Source of the DNA: Pseudomonadota bacterium
GTDB taxonomy: Bacteria; Pseudomonadota; Alphaproteobacteria; Paracaedibacterales; CAITNM01
Reading direction: 5' to 3'
Assembly (NCBI GenBank): GCA_046309815.1
Contig: JBKCOJ010000007.1
Location: 26,179-90,178 of the forward strand
Length of the DNA: 64,000 nt
Below, piece by piece: positions 19,294-27,871 of the stretch. Both the position numbers and the translations under genes were made by a program. Numbering within the stretch: position 1 is the first letter of the stretch; every line of letters starts with the position of its first letter. Below the pieces are notes generated by a model. That model worked only from the letters and a program-made list of their open reading frames with translations. It did no database searches and was not told the origin of the DNA.

Positions 19294-19453
19294 CGCGTTG
19301 TTCTCCTCGCCAGCTCTCCCCTGTCTTCCCATTACTACATTTCTCTTGTTCTTTCAAGAAAAAATGAGAAAAGCTAGGCATCTACATACTTTAGCTATTG
19401 TGCAGAAAAGCTATTCGACTTACCATTAAATGAGGTATTAAAAATCCAAATGC

Positions 19454-21262
19454 ATGGCAAAAGTCGACGACTCATTAGTTCGCTATTACCAAGAAGAGCT
19501 TGATTACTTACGTTCAAGCGGAAAAGAGTTTGCCAAACAATATCCAAAAATTGCGCGACGCCTCGAATTAACGGATGGAGAGTCCCCAGATCCACAGGTG
19601 GAAAGGCTGCTTGAATCATTTGCTTTTCTAACGGGACGTTTGAGTAGAGCGATTGATGATCGATTTCCGCAAACAGCGCAGGCTTTATTGAGTGTTTTGT
19701 ATCCTCATCTGGTTAATCCTATTCCAGCGATGGCAATTGCAAAACTACATGTTGATCATAGTCAAATTCCAGCAGATAAAGGGTATTATCTTGAGAAAGG
19801 CACGAAGCTTTTAGCGCATTCAGTTGAGGATGTGCAGTGCCAATTTCAAACAGTTTATAACACCCATCTTTGGCCTTTAAATATTCAAAAAGTTGAGCTG
19901 GTAGCAAGAGATGCTTTCACTTTTGAACACTCACCTCAACATCATTGGCTTTTAAAAATGACGATTCATTCAAAAAATTCGCCAATAAAAGCGATGAATG
20001 TGGATAATTTATTAGTGCATATTTCGTGTAATTGGATAAAAGCAAATTTGTTTTATGAAGCGTTATTTAGTGAATGCGCTGGCAAACTGTATGTTGCAAC
20101 GGATGAAAAAATAACGGCTGTAGAAGCGTGTACGCTGGAGCCTGTTGGCTATAAGCGTGATGAATTACCCCTTCCTGTTCCTGATTATAGTTTGCATCAT
20201 TATGCGCTGTTTCAAGAGTACTTCCATTTCAGTGAAAAATTTTTATTCTTTCGTATTGCAGGATTGCAAAAAGCCATTGCAGCGCTGGCCCCGCAGCAGG
20301 AAATGCATCTTTTAATTCCTTTAAAAAATGCCATGGTTTTTCAGCAAAAAGGAATTGATGCATCGGTATTTTCGTTGAACTGCTTGCCAGTTGTGAACTT
20401 ATTTGAGCGGCCTTCTGATCCGATACGTATTCATCATCGCCATTTACGTTATCGTTTAATCCCTGACATACGCCGAGAACGCACGAGCGAAGTGTACAGC
20501 GTTCAGCATGTGGAAGGCATTGAAGAAAAGACGCAAAAAGTCATTGAGTATAAGCCGTATTATGGTCTTGAAACGCGTGATAATGAAGGGTTCTTTTGGA
20601 CTGCTCAACGTGTGCCAGCGGGTCTTAGAGGACTGCCAGGAACTGATGTGTATTTATCCTTTATCAACCGAAATTTTAATCCTATTAAGGCGAAAGACGT
20701 TGTTGTAACGGCAAAAATTTTGTGCACCAATCGGTATCTGGCAGATCAATTAGCTGCTGGCTCGCTGCTGCAACCAGAGGGCAAAGCGCCGGTTTTAAAG
20801 ATTACGCTATTGAATAAGCCCACTTCGCAAAATTACACGATGCTGGATGGAGAGAGTTTGTGGATGTTGATATCGCAGCTTTCGACCAATTATTTAGGCG
20901 TGCTTAATGTTAATCAAGGCTTAAATTCTTTGAAAGAATTTTTGTATCTTTTTGCGAGTCGTTACCCCGATAAACCTGCGTCTTCTATTGAAGATTTGAA
21001 AAATATGACCATTAGCCAGATAACGAGGCGCTTTGGTGCGGATGCGTGGCGTGGTTTTGTGCAAGGCTATAAGGTGCAGCTTGAGATGGAAAAAACGAAT
21101 CATGAAGGCGGCAGTAATTTGATTTTGGGAACGATTTTGAATGCATATTTTAGCTCAACAGTCAGTTGGAATAGCTTTGTCGAGTGCAGTTTGAATGATG
21201 GCAAAAATAATGGAGAATGGATGCAATGGCAGCCCCAGCCCGGCGTGCAAACGCAGTTGTAA
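19454..21262 (+). CDS. tssF: type VI secretion system baseplate subunit TssF
   Basis: The N-terminus YYQEELDYLRSSGKEFAKQYPKIARRLEL...DPQVERLLESFAFLTGRL is the TssF (ImpG/VasA) signature. Confidence 0.9.
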   Translation: MAKVDDSLVRYYQEELDYLRSSGKEFAKQYPKIARRLELTDGESPDPQVERLLESFAFLTGRLSRAIDDRFPQTAQALLSVLYPHLVNPIPAMAIAKLHVDHSQIPADKGYYLEKGTKLLAHSVEDVQCQFQTVYNTHLWPLNIQKVELVARDAFTFEHSPQHHWLLKMTIHSKNSPIKAMNVDNLLVHISCNWIKANLFYEALFSECAGKLYVATDEKITAVEACTLEPVGYKRDELPLPVPDYSLHHYALFQEYFHFSEKFLFFRIAGLQKAIAALAPQQEMHLLIPLKNAMVFQQKGIDASVFSLNCLPVVNLFERPSDPIRIHHRHLRYRLIPDIRRERTSEVYSVQHVEGIEEKTQKVIEYKPYYGLETRDNEGFFWTAQRVPAGLRGLPGTDVYLSFINRNFNPIKAKDVVVTAKILCTNRYLADQLAAGSLLQPEGKAPVLKITLLNKPTSQNYTMLDGESLWMLISQLSTNYLGVLNVNQGLNSLKEFLYLFASRYPDKPASSIEDLKNMTISQITRRFGADAWRGFVQGYKVQLEMEKTNHEGGSNLILGTILNAYFSSTVSWNSFVECSLNDGKNNGEWMQWQPQPGVQTQL

Positions 21263-22230
21263 AGCAATCTCTTCCCGAACAGGTTTTAGAAACGCCTGAA
21301 GCGTTTGATCTGGATCAGCTGATTTATATTATCGAATCGTTGCGCACAAATGTGGCGCCGCTTGGCGAAGCTACCAATCCTCAAAAAGAGGCCGTGCGGC
21401 TTCGAAGCCCTATTACCATGCACCAAGAAGGTACTGAAGTTAATCGTTTGGAGGTGAAAAATACACTTTCAAAAGTGCCCGAGATTTATATTAATACGCT
21501 GAGCCTTGCGGGTGTAAATGGCCCGTTACCGACGCCTTATACGGAAAAGCTGCTTGAGCAAATGAAGCAAAAGGATTTTGCGGGCGCGCATTTTTTGGAT
21601 ATTTTTCATCACCGTTTGGCATCGATGTGGCATCGCTTGCGCAAGCGTACCTACCCTCACCTTTTCAAAAGTCCGCCAGCGCAAACACCGATTGGGAAGC
21701 TGCAAGAAAATTTGAGTGGTTTTGCGCAGCAAGGAGACGTTGATCATACGTTGTTTTTCGATCATTTTTGGAAGCGATCGAGATCGCTTGCAGGCCTGTT
21801 ACAAATGGTGAAAACATTTTTTGGCGTGGAAGCATCGATTAGCCCATTTGAGGGGGCATGGCGAAAGGTGGATGCGGCGGAGGGAAGCCGGATTGGTAAG
21901 CGAGGACAGTTTCAGGTTTTGGGCAAAGATGCCATTTTGGGTCTGCGGTGCTGGGATCAGGCGGCAGGATTTACGATTGAGGTGGCTCCTCTTGATTGGG
22001 AGGCATTGCAGGGATTTTTACCGTTTAAAAGCAATGCGCTGGGTGGAGGAAATTTTTATAAGCTGAAACAGCTGGTGGTGAGTTATATGGGAACATTGCC
22101 GAGGGTGTTTTTAAAGCTTTCGCTGAAAGAGGGTGAAAATCGTGGGGCGAGTTTAGACCACAACCATGGGCTTGGCTGGAACACATGGCTGAGTGGTGCG
22201 ACGGCGGAGAGTGTGCGGGTAAGGGTTTAA
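21217..22230 (+). CDS. tssG: type VI secretion system baseplate subunit TssG
   Basis: GVNGPLPTPYTEKLLEQ...FLDIFHHRLASMWHR matches the TssG (ImpH/VasB) core. It overlaps the tssF 3' end. Confidence 0.85.
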   Translation: MDAMAAPARRANAVVKQSLPEQVLETPEAFDLDQLIYIIESLRTNVAPLGEATNPQKEAVRLRSPITMHQEGTEVNRLEVKNTLSKVPEIYINTLSLAGVNGPLPTPYTEKLLEQMKQKDFAGAHFLDIFHHRLASMWHRLRKRTYPHLFKSPPAQTPIGKLQENLSGFAQQGDVDHTLFFDHFWKRSRSLAGLLQMVKTFFGVEASISPFEGAWRKVDAAEGSRIGKRGQFQVLGKDAILGLRCWDQAAGFTIEVAPLDWEALQGFLPFKSNALGGGNFYKLKQLVVSYMGTLPRVFLKLSLKEGENRGASLDHNHGLGWNTWLSGATAESVRVRV

Positions 22231-22241
22231 GAGAGGCTTAT

Positions 22242-23439
22242 TTAATATTCTCTTGAAAAATCAACTAATGAGCCATCTGCTTTAAACACGTACCTCAAAT
22301 CCCCAGAACTAGCCGTGCTATAAATAGATTTTTTTGTTGTAAATATTGACCATTTTGGGTTTTTATCTATAGCCATGAACTCAAAAATAGGTGAAAGCTG
22401 TCCTTTTGCATATTCAATATCTTTAAAATCAGGAATACCAATTGTTACTGAATGTAAATCCTCAAGAAGAAAAACATCATTTTCGGTATCTCTTAAGCAA
22501 TCAATTAAAATAAACTCCTGAAAGAGTGCTAAATCAGGATGCCCGTTATATCTATAACCTGCGCTAATTGCGACATGGTGAGGGCCCTTCTTACTTAACC
22601 ATAATCCATCATTTGAACCATCTTTATCTTTTGCTCCGTGATGACTAAAGACAGACAATTGAACATTTTGAAGAGGTTGTTGATGAGGAGCTGCCGTTAA
22701 ATTTTTCCTGCAATCTATCAAATACCTCCTTGTAGCGATAGCTGACGCATCCCCCATAATTAAAATGTTTTTGCCATTTAAAGAAAGTCTTACGATAGCA
22801 CTATTTGTGTTTTCATCATTCTCATAGGAGGTGCCTACACCCGCGTTAGCACATAAAATTGATAAAAATGTATGAGGATTATGAAGGCTTTCCGCATCTA
22901 AAAACCCATCTTTTAATAAAAGATCTATCGCATAGTGGGTAATAAAATGGACAATTCTTGGGGGTAACCGATTTAAGACTTCTTCGTATAGTTCTTTGCC
23001 CTCTTCTTTCCACAAATAACTGTGTTGATTATCGCCTAATATAAATTGATTAGTGCGTAAAAATAATGTTGTATTGAGATTAAATAATTTAGCAAGGTGA
23101 TGTTAAAAGATTAAGATGATCTTTATCACTGTGAGAAATAATAACCGTGATTTTTCCTGCATAATCTGGTAAATCTGCATGCACTTCACCTATTCCGAGA
23201 GCACAAGCAATACGGTTAATAATTTCATTAGGAGTGTCTGAAGATGTACCAAAATCTACAACTACATAGGATCCATTCTTTTTATTTTTTAGAAGGGTAT
23301 TACCTCCTTGCCCCACATTTTCAGCAATCACTTCGAAATTAGCACCATTGTTATAGCAATGATGAAAGTCAGCAGCGTCAAAACCTGATACCGCAAAAAT
23401 AACCTGACAAAAAGCAATAATAACTAAAAAGATAAGCAT
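22242..23439 (-). pseudogene. ComEC/Rec2-like metallo-beta-lactamase-fold hydrolase with signal peptide, split into two ORFs by a frameshift
   Basis: ORF 23089..23439 carries VGQGGNTLL...VVVDFG...IISHSDKDHLNLL. The ORF 22242..23015 frame is open up to 23102 and carries NSAIVRLSLNGKNILIMGDAS, SVFSHHGAKD, ISAGYRYNGHPD and STASSGDLRYVF. Together these follow the colinear ComEC C-terminal MBL motif order. The two frames overlap only in 23089-23102. Confidence 0.6.
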
Positions 23440-24827
23440 TTATCCCTCAATATGGCTTTCTGGTAGTTTTCGTAATTATTCACGTGTTGCTCTAACGCAA
23501 GGAAATTTTCTCTTCGATCAATACTCAATCCAGCAGCTTCAAGAAGGTTTCCGGCATAAATAAAACCTCTTTCTGCGGCGCGTGCTGCTATTGCTTCTAT
23601 TTTATTCTGAATGTTTGTTATAGGCTCTAAATTATTTATTTTTTTTAAAATTTCTATTTGTTTTTCATACCCTTTATCAATTCCACCTTCTATATCAATT
23701 CCGCCTTCTGTTGCTTTTTTATAGTGCTCTAGTGCTTGTTTAAGAGCGTGTACCCTTTTTTCCGGATCAATTTGTGAATATGCAAAATATTCAGTAAAGT
23801 CACCCGCGTCATAGGAAATTTCGGGGAATTCATTGGTTGTATTTTCAGCTAGAGAAGCTAGATAATATTCATTAGCTCTAACAAGATCACGAGGTGTAGA
23901 AATACCATATCTATGATATTGCGCAAGCTTCCACAAAGCATATGCTTTTATGCGCAAATGTAGTGAGTTACTAATAAAGTCATCCGCTTTTGATTGATCT
24001 TGTGTAAGAATCATAAAACCATGCTCTATCAATCCTCGACGAGATCCTTGAGCAACCGCCATTTGAAATAAATTAGTTGCTAAATCAGATCTTCCTAAAA
24101 ACTTATAGATGTATCCAGCATTTAAAAGCGTCGTGAGTTGTCTTCGCGCAAGATGAACTGTAGCAGAACTAGCATTAGCTACTTCTGCTTCTAAGTTACT
24201 GTAAAAGCTATTCTGTTTAGCTGTGTCATTTAAAATTTCTTTAGCCTTTTCTACAACCATACCGTTTTCTGTTGCAAAAGGTATAGAAAGCACTTGAGAT
24301 AAATGCTGTTCTGTAGAAATTGTTTCAAGATTTACGTTTTTGTAGCTCCCCAAAATAAGAATATTTTTTGCAAGTTTAAACCCGAAGTCTGCTGATACTA
24401 AAATCAAAGCTCTCTCAAAAAATGACAATTGATTAAAATTCGTCTTAAGGGTATTGGCAAAAAGATGGTGAGGAAAAAACAACGCTCCTATGAATTCTCC
24501 AACATTAGGCCTATCCCCTAGCATTAACTTTGATTGAAGAACTTCATGAGGCTGTGATCTCATGTATCGGCAAATATCTTCTTCCACCATTGTTGATAGT
24601 GTACCATTCTTTTTGAATTTTTTTATAAGCTTTGCTTTTTGTTCAAAAAGAGTTACTAAATTTCTCGTTTTATTAAGTTCTACAGCAAGACTATCCGTGC
24701 CTGCAGCGATACCAACATTTGATATAAGAAAAAATGAAAACCAAAATAAGACTAACTTACTGGGTTGCTCCTGGCTCAACATAATCAAATCCTGTTGCTT
24801 TATAAGCGGTATCAGGAACCCAACCAT
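23424..24827 (-). CDS. Sel1/TPR-like repeat protein with N-terminal signal/anchor
   Basis: 467 aa. The likely start is MLSQEQPSKLVLFWFSFFLISNVGIAAG at 24782. It has a Sel1-like unit AYALWKLAQYHRYGISTPRDLVRANEYYLASLAE. It overlaps both the downstream and upstream ORFs, which suggests an operon. Confidence 0.6.
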   Translation of the reverse strand: MVGFLIPLIKQQDLIMLSQEQPSKLVLFWFSFFLISNVGIAAGTDSLAVELNKTRNLVTLFEQKAKLIKKFKKNGTLSTMVEEDICRYMRSQPHEVLQSKLMLGDRPNVGEFIGALFFPHHLFANTLKTNFNQLSFFERALILVSADFGFKLAKNILILGSYKNVNLETISTEQHLSQVLSIPFATENGMVVEKAKEILNDTAKQNSFYSNLEAEVANASSATVHLARRQLTTLLNAGYIYKFLGRSDLATNLFQMAVAQGSRRGLIEHGFMILTQDQSKADDFISNSLHLRIKAYALWKLAQYHRYGISTPRDLVRANEYYLASLAENTTNEFPEISYDAGDFTEYFAYSQIDPEKRVHALKQALEHYKKATEGGIDIEGGIDKGYEKQIEILKKINNLEPITNIQNKIEAIAARAAERGFIYAGNLLEAAGLSIDRRENFLALEQHVNNYENYQKAILRDKCLSF

Positions 24828-25173
24828 TTATATGGATTCGCGCTCCACCATAATTTTTGAAATACCCCTCAAAAAGTACATTAAGATCTTGCAAATAGCC
24901 CTCAAGAATAGCGACTGTTAATTCATTAGGAAGTTGTGATGAATCAGCAATAGAAAAATTCCTCTCCATGGTATCATCTTCATCAGGAGAAGCTATTATT
25001 ATGTGAAAATTAACTGGTTTATGTAATTCTTGGCTTTGAGACTTAAGATAATTCATACTTGCAGGACCAATTAAAAGATGTTGCGATTCAGGCGACTCTG
25101 AATCCATTGCGGATGCGGTACACACAAAACCAAACAGGAATATCACAAAAAGTAACTGTTCAAACTTTTTCAT
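24757..25173 (-). CDS. hypothetical secreted protein
   Basis: 138 aa with a clear signal peptide MKKFEQLLFVIFLFGFVCTASA. No recognisable family. Confidence 0.5.
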   Translation of the reverse strand: MKKFEQLLFVIFLFGFVCTASAMDSESPESQHLLIGPASMNYLKSQSQELHKPVNFHIIIASPDEDDTMERNFSIADSSQLPNELTVAILEGYLQDLNVLFEGYFKNYGGARIHINGWVPDTAYKATGFDYVEPGATQ

Positions 25174-25324
25174 TTTTTCCTCCCTTTTAATATTAATACA
25201 GAAAGTATTAATTTTTTATTTAGCCACTCTTACAATAATACCCATATCCGAAATTTCATGAAAAATAAAGGATTATCTTTAACGTAACATCGGGGAAGCA
25301 TGTGCTACAAAGCTGAGGTTTCTT

Positions 25325-25362
25325 GGCTTGGATAAGGTTTGCTTACGCAGGCTTAGAATGAC
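25325..25362 (+). repeat. dispersed hairpin repeat, degenerate H4 subtype (..GCAGGCTTAGAATGAC)
   Basis: ggcttggataaggtttgcttacgcaggcttagaatgac resembles the copies at 26361, 34196 and 61545. Confidence 0.5.
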
Positions 25363-25391
25363 TTAATGAACGGCTGTGACTACTTTCAATA

Positions 25392-26279
25392 CTAGGCCTG
25401 GTCTTGCACGCTTTCGCTTGATATACTCATTCCTTCAATAGCGGTTACGATATCGTCCATTTCTTTTCCTGTTGATGCTACTTCATCAGATCTAGCTGGT
25501 GTCACTGAATTAGGTCTTGATACATTCATTCCTTCAATACCCGTTATGATATCGTCAATTTCGTTTCCTATTGATACTACTTTATCAGGTTTATTAGGTA
25601 CTGAAAGAAGAGTTTCTCCTTCAGCCTGCGGAGCAAGCCCATTTATCTCTATTCGTCGTCCATGGATGCTTGCTCTAATCTCTTCTGCAAATCTCTGTCG
25701 TATTACTGCACTAGGTCTAGCTGGTGTCCCTGAATTAGGTACTGAAAAAAGAGCGTCTCCTGCAGCCTGCGGAGCAAGCTCATTTAAAAAATTCTCCATT
25801 TGCCCATTGATGCTTGCTCTAATCTCTTCTGCAAATCCCTGCGCTACTGCATTAGACATAGCTGGTGTCATCGTACTGAGTCCAGGGTTTCCCAGTAATT
25901 CCGCAAAAGCACTTCTAAATTGCCCTCTTGATGCCGCTGTATCAGGTCTAGCTGGTGTCACTGAATTAGGTACTGAAAAAAGGTCTTCTCCTTCAGCCTG
26001 CGGAGCAAGTCCATTTAGAAAATCCCCTACTCTAGCTGGCGCTAAATAATTATCCACTACTTCCTGTATACGAACTGCTTGCTCTCTTTGCACTCTAGCT
26101 ACTACCCGTTGTATAAGCCTAACTTCTTGCCTTGTTGGCCCTGATATATTCGTTCTTCCAATACCAGATGCGAAATCTTCAAATTCACGTCTTTCTCCAG
26201 CCTTGGCGGGCGACATATAAACCGAGCAGTAAAATATGATCAACATCAAAAATTTGGTTTGCATAATACTATCCTTCAT
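25392..26279 (-). CDS. secreted tandem-repeat protein (about 76-aa period)
   Basis: Signal peptide MKDSIMQTKFLMLIIFYCSVYMSPAKA. Repeats LNGLAPQAEGEDLFSVPNSVTPARPD / LNELAPQAAGDALFSVPNSGTPARPS / INGLAPQAEGETLLSVPNKPD. The nucleotide period is about 228 (25493, 25720, 25949). Confidence 0.62.
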   Translation of the reverse strand: MKDSIMQTKFLMLIIFYCSVYMSPAKAGERREFEDFASGIGRTNISGPTRQEVRLIQRVVARVQREQAVRIQEVVDNYLAPARVGDFLNGLAPQAEGEDLFSVPNSVTPARPDTAASRGQFRSAFAELLGNPGLSTMTPAMSNAVAQGFAEEIRASINGQMENFLNELAPQAAGDALFSVPNSGTPARPSAVIRQRFAEEIRASIHGRRIEINGLAPQAEGETLLSVPNKPDKVVSIGNEIDDIITGIEGMNVSRPNSVTPARSDEVASTGKEMDDIVTAIEGMSISSESVQDQA

Positions 26280-26352
26280 TTTAAAAATTCAGTATTGCGA
26301 AATAAAAAACTGCTTATTGATAGCATAAAGGCACTTAATTTACCACCATTTT
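26175..26352 (-). repeat. shared 5' cassette, copy 1 (upstream region plus first ~35 codons)
   Basis: About 90% identical by eye to 27256..27435. It includes cattttaaaaattcagtattgcgaaataaaaaactg and the codons for M(K)xSIMQTKFLMLIIFYCxVYMSPAKA. Confidence 0.8.
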
Positions 26353-26360
26353 TAAAAAAC

Positions 26361-26488
26361 CTGGATTCTTACGCCTGCTGGCGCAGGCTCAGAATGACGA
26401 GGGAATTTATATCCCTAGATCCTCGGACTGCAGCGCTTTCGCGCTTTGCCAGGGATGACAAAGGGACTCCCTTCACAAGAATGACAAC
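26361..26488 (+). repeat. three consecutive dispersed hairpin-repeat units (H4-type, each ending RRRATGAC)
   Basis: ctggattcttacgcctgctggcgcaggctcagaatgacgagg; tagatcctcggactgcagcgctttcgcgctttgccagggatgacaaagg; gactcccttcacaagaatgacaac. Confidence 0.7.
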
Positions 26489-26494
26489 TTGTGC

Positions 26495-27361
26495 TTAATC
26501 AGCTCGTCTTGGCGGCTTAAGTGCGGAAAGACGTTTAATGATTTTTTGGTTACTCGAACGAGCTATTGTAGTCATTCTAAAGAGACCACTAACTGCTGTT
26601 TGATTACCCAAATTAGCGGCTCTTGCACAATAACTAATTCCTTCCGACAGATCTCTTTCAATGCCTTCTGCACCGTTAAAAAGGTAGATCGAGTAGTCAT
26701 ACAGCATCTTCGGTAGATCCTCTCGAGCTTTATCATTTCCTAATTTTTCTGCTCTTTCACAATATCCAATTGCCGCCAGCATATCTTTCTCAACACCTTC
26801 TTTCCCTTTAAAAAGGCACATTGAGTAGCTATACAACATCTGTGGTAGATATTCTTTTGCTTTACTATTTCCTAGTTCTGCAGCTCTTTCACAATAGCTA
26901 ATTGCCTCTGGTATATTTTTTTCAACACCTTCTTCACCTTTTAAAAGGTAAATTGAATATCTATACAGCATCTTTGGCAGTTGCTCTTGAGCTTTACTAT
27001 CTCCTAGTAGATTTGCAAGTCTTTCACAATATTCAATTGCCCTTGGTATATTTTTTTCAACACCATTTCCACCTTCTAAAAGTAGATATATCTCTTTATG
27101 CAACATTCTTAGAGTTTGGCTATTTTCTCGTCTAACTTCTTCCAAAAAAGTAGATGTTGTAGATGTTTCTGGTATATCAGCTTCTAAAAGAACTGGCTCT
27201 CTTCTTTCAATACTACGTTTAGCTATCTCTGATATATCTCGTATATTCGAGACGATATCTTCAAATTTGCCCTCTGCTGCGGCCTTGGCTGGCGACATAT
27301 AAACAGCGCAGTAAAAGATGATCAACATCAAAAATTTGGTTTGCATAATACTATTCTTCAT
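26495..27361 (-). CDS. secreted Sel1-like repeat protein
   Basis: Signal peptide MKNSIMQTKFLMLIIFYCAVYMSPAKA. Four ~44-aa units of the type LPKMLYRYSIYLLKGEEGVEKNIPEAISYCERAAELGNSKAKEY. Confidence 0.7.
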   Translation of the reverse strand: MKNSIMQTKFLMLIIFYCAVYMSPAKAAAEGKFEDIVSNIRDISEIAKRSIERREPVLLEADIPETSTTSTFLEEVRRENSQTLRMLHKEIYLLLEGGNGVEKNIPRAIEYCERLANLLGDSKAQEQLPKMLYRYSIYLLKGEEGVEKNIPEAISYCERAAELGNSKAKEYLPQMLYSYSMCLFKGKEGVEKDMLAAIGYCERAEKLGNDKAREDLPKMLYDYSIYLFNGAEGIERDLSEGISYCARAANLGNQTAVSGLFRMTTIARSSNQKIIKRLSALKPPRRAD

Positions 27362-27435
27362 TTTAAAAATTCAGTATTGCGAAATAAAAAACTGGTTATT
27401 GATAGCATATAGTGCACTGATTTGCCATCATTTTT
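27256..27435 (-). repeat. shared 5' cassette, copy 2
   Basis: Near-identical to 26175..26352 (offset about 1081-1082 nt). Confidence 0.8.
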
Positions 27436-27472
27436 CATAAGCGAAAGAGTGTGTGAAGGTTCGGCCCTGAGG

Positions 27473-27871
27473 CTAAACGCGTCGTTGAGCGCTTTTATCT
27501 TTTTTCAAAGCTAATGAGGCAAGGTACGCAGAGCGGCTGAGATGGGCTTTTTTCGCACTTTTATCGATGAGCTGCAAAAGATCTTCCGGAAAACAGACAT
27601 TGACCCGCACCGTTTTTGAGGAAGGCACCTCCACCAAAAAAGCGACGGCGTCTTGGTTATCGGCATCTTGCATGATGACATCTAGAGAGCTTGACTCAGG
27701 AATAGATTCTCCCATTTCCTTCATGAGTTCGACGTGGCCGATTAGGGCTTCTTTCGTGAAGGATTTTGCTTCGTCTAATGTTTTTCCGACGGTGATACAG
27801 CCTGGGAAATCTGGAAAGCTTACGCCATAGTCGGAAGCGGATGTTTTATGGATTAACGCGATGTAGTTCAT
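27473..27871 (-). CDS. HicB-family antitoxin-like protein (HicB fold plus C-terminal ribbon-helix-helix)
   Basis: The start MNYIALIHKTSASDYGVSFPDFPGCITVGKTLDEA at ATG 27871 is preceded by AGGAGA. The C-terminus LIDKSAKKAHLSRSAYLASLAL is CopG/RHH-like. The longer track ORF (to 28057) has no support. Confidence 0.62.
   Translation of the reverse strand: MNYIALIHKTSASDYGVSFPDFPGCITVGKTLDEAKSFTKEALIGHVELMKEMGESIPESSSLDVIMQDADNQDAVAFLVEVPSSKTVRVNVCFPEDLLQLIDKSAKKAHLSRSAYLASLALKKDKSAQRRV

Noticed and set aside
25546-26049. 167-aa + strand ORF, and the analogous 61654..62151 and 38619..39086 ORFs
   Set aside because: They are antisense to repetitive, low-complexity genes that have proper starts and signal peptides. 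Long open antisense frames are expected in biased, repetitive sequence.
26259-26716. Track ORFs 26259..26498 and 26489..26716 (+), and 27884..28102 (+)
   Set aside because: They run through the repeat-filled intergenic region or antisense to the Sel1 and HicB genes. They have no start context or motifs.
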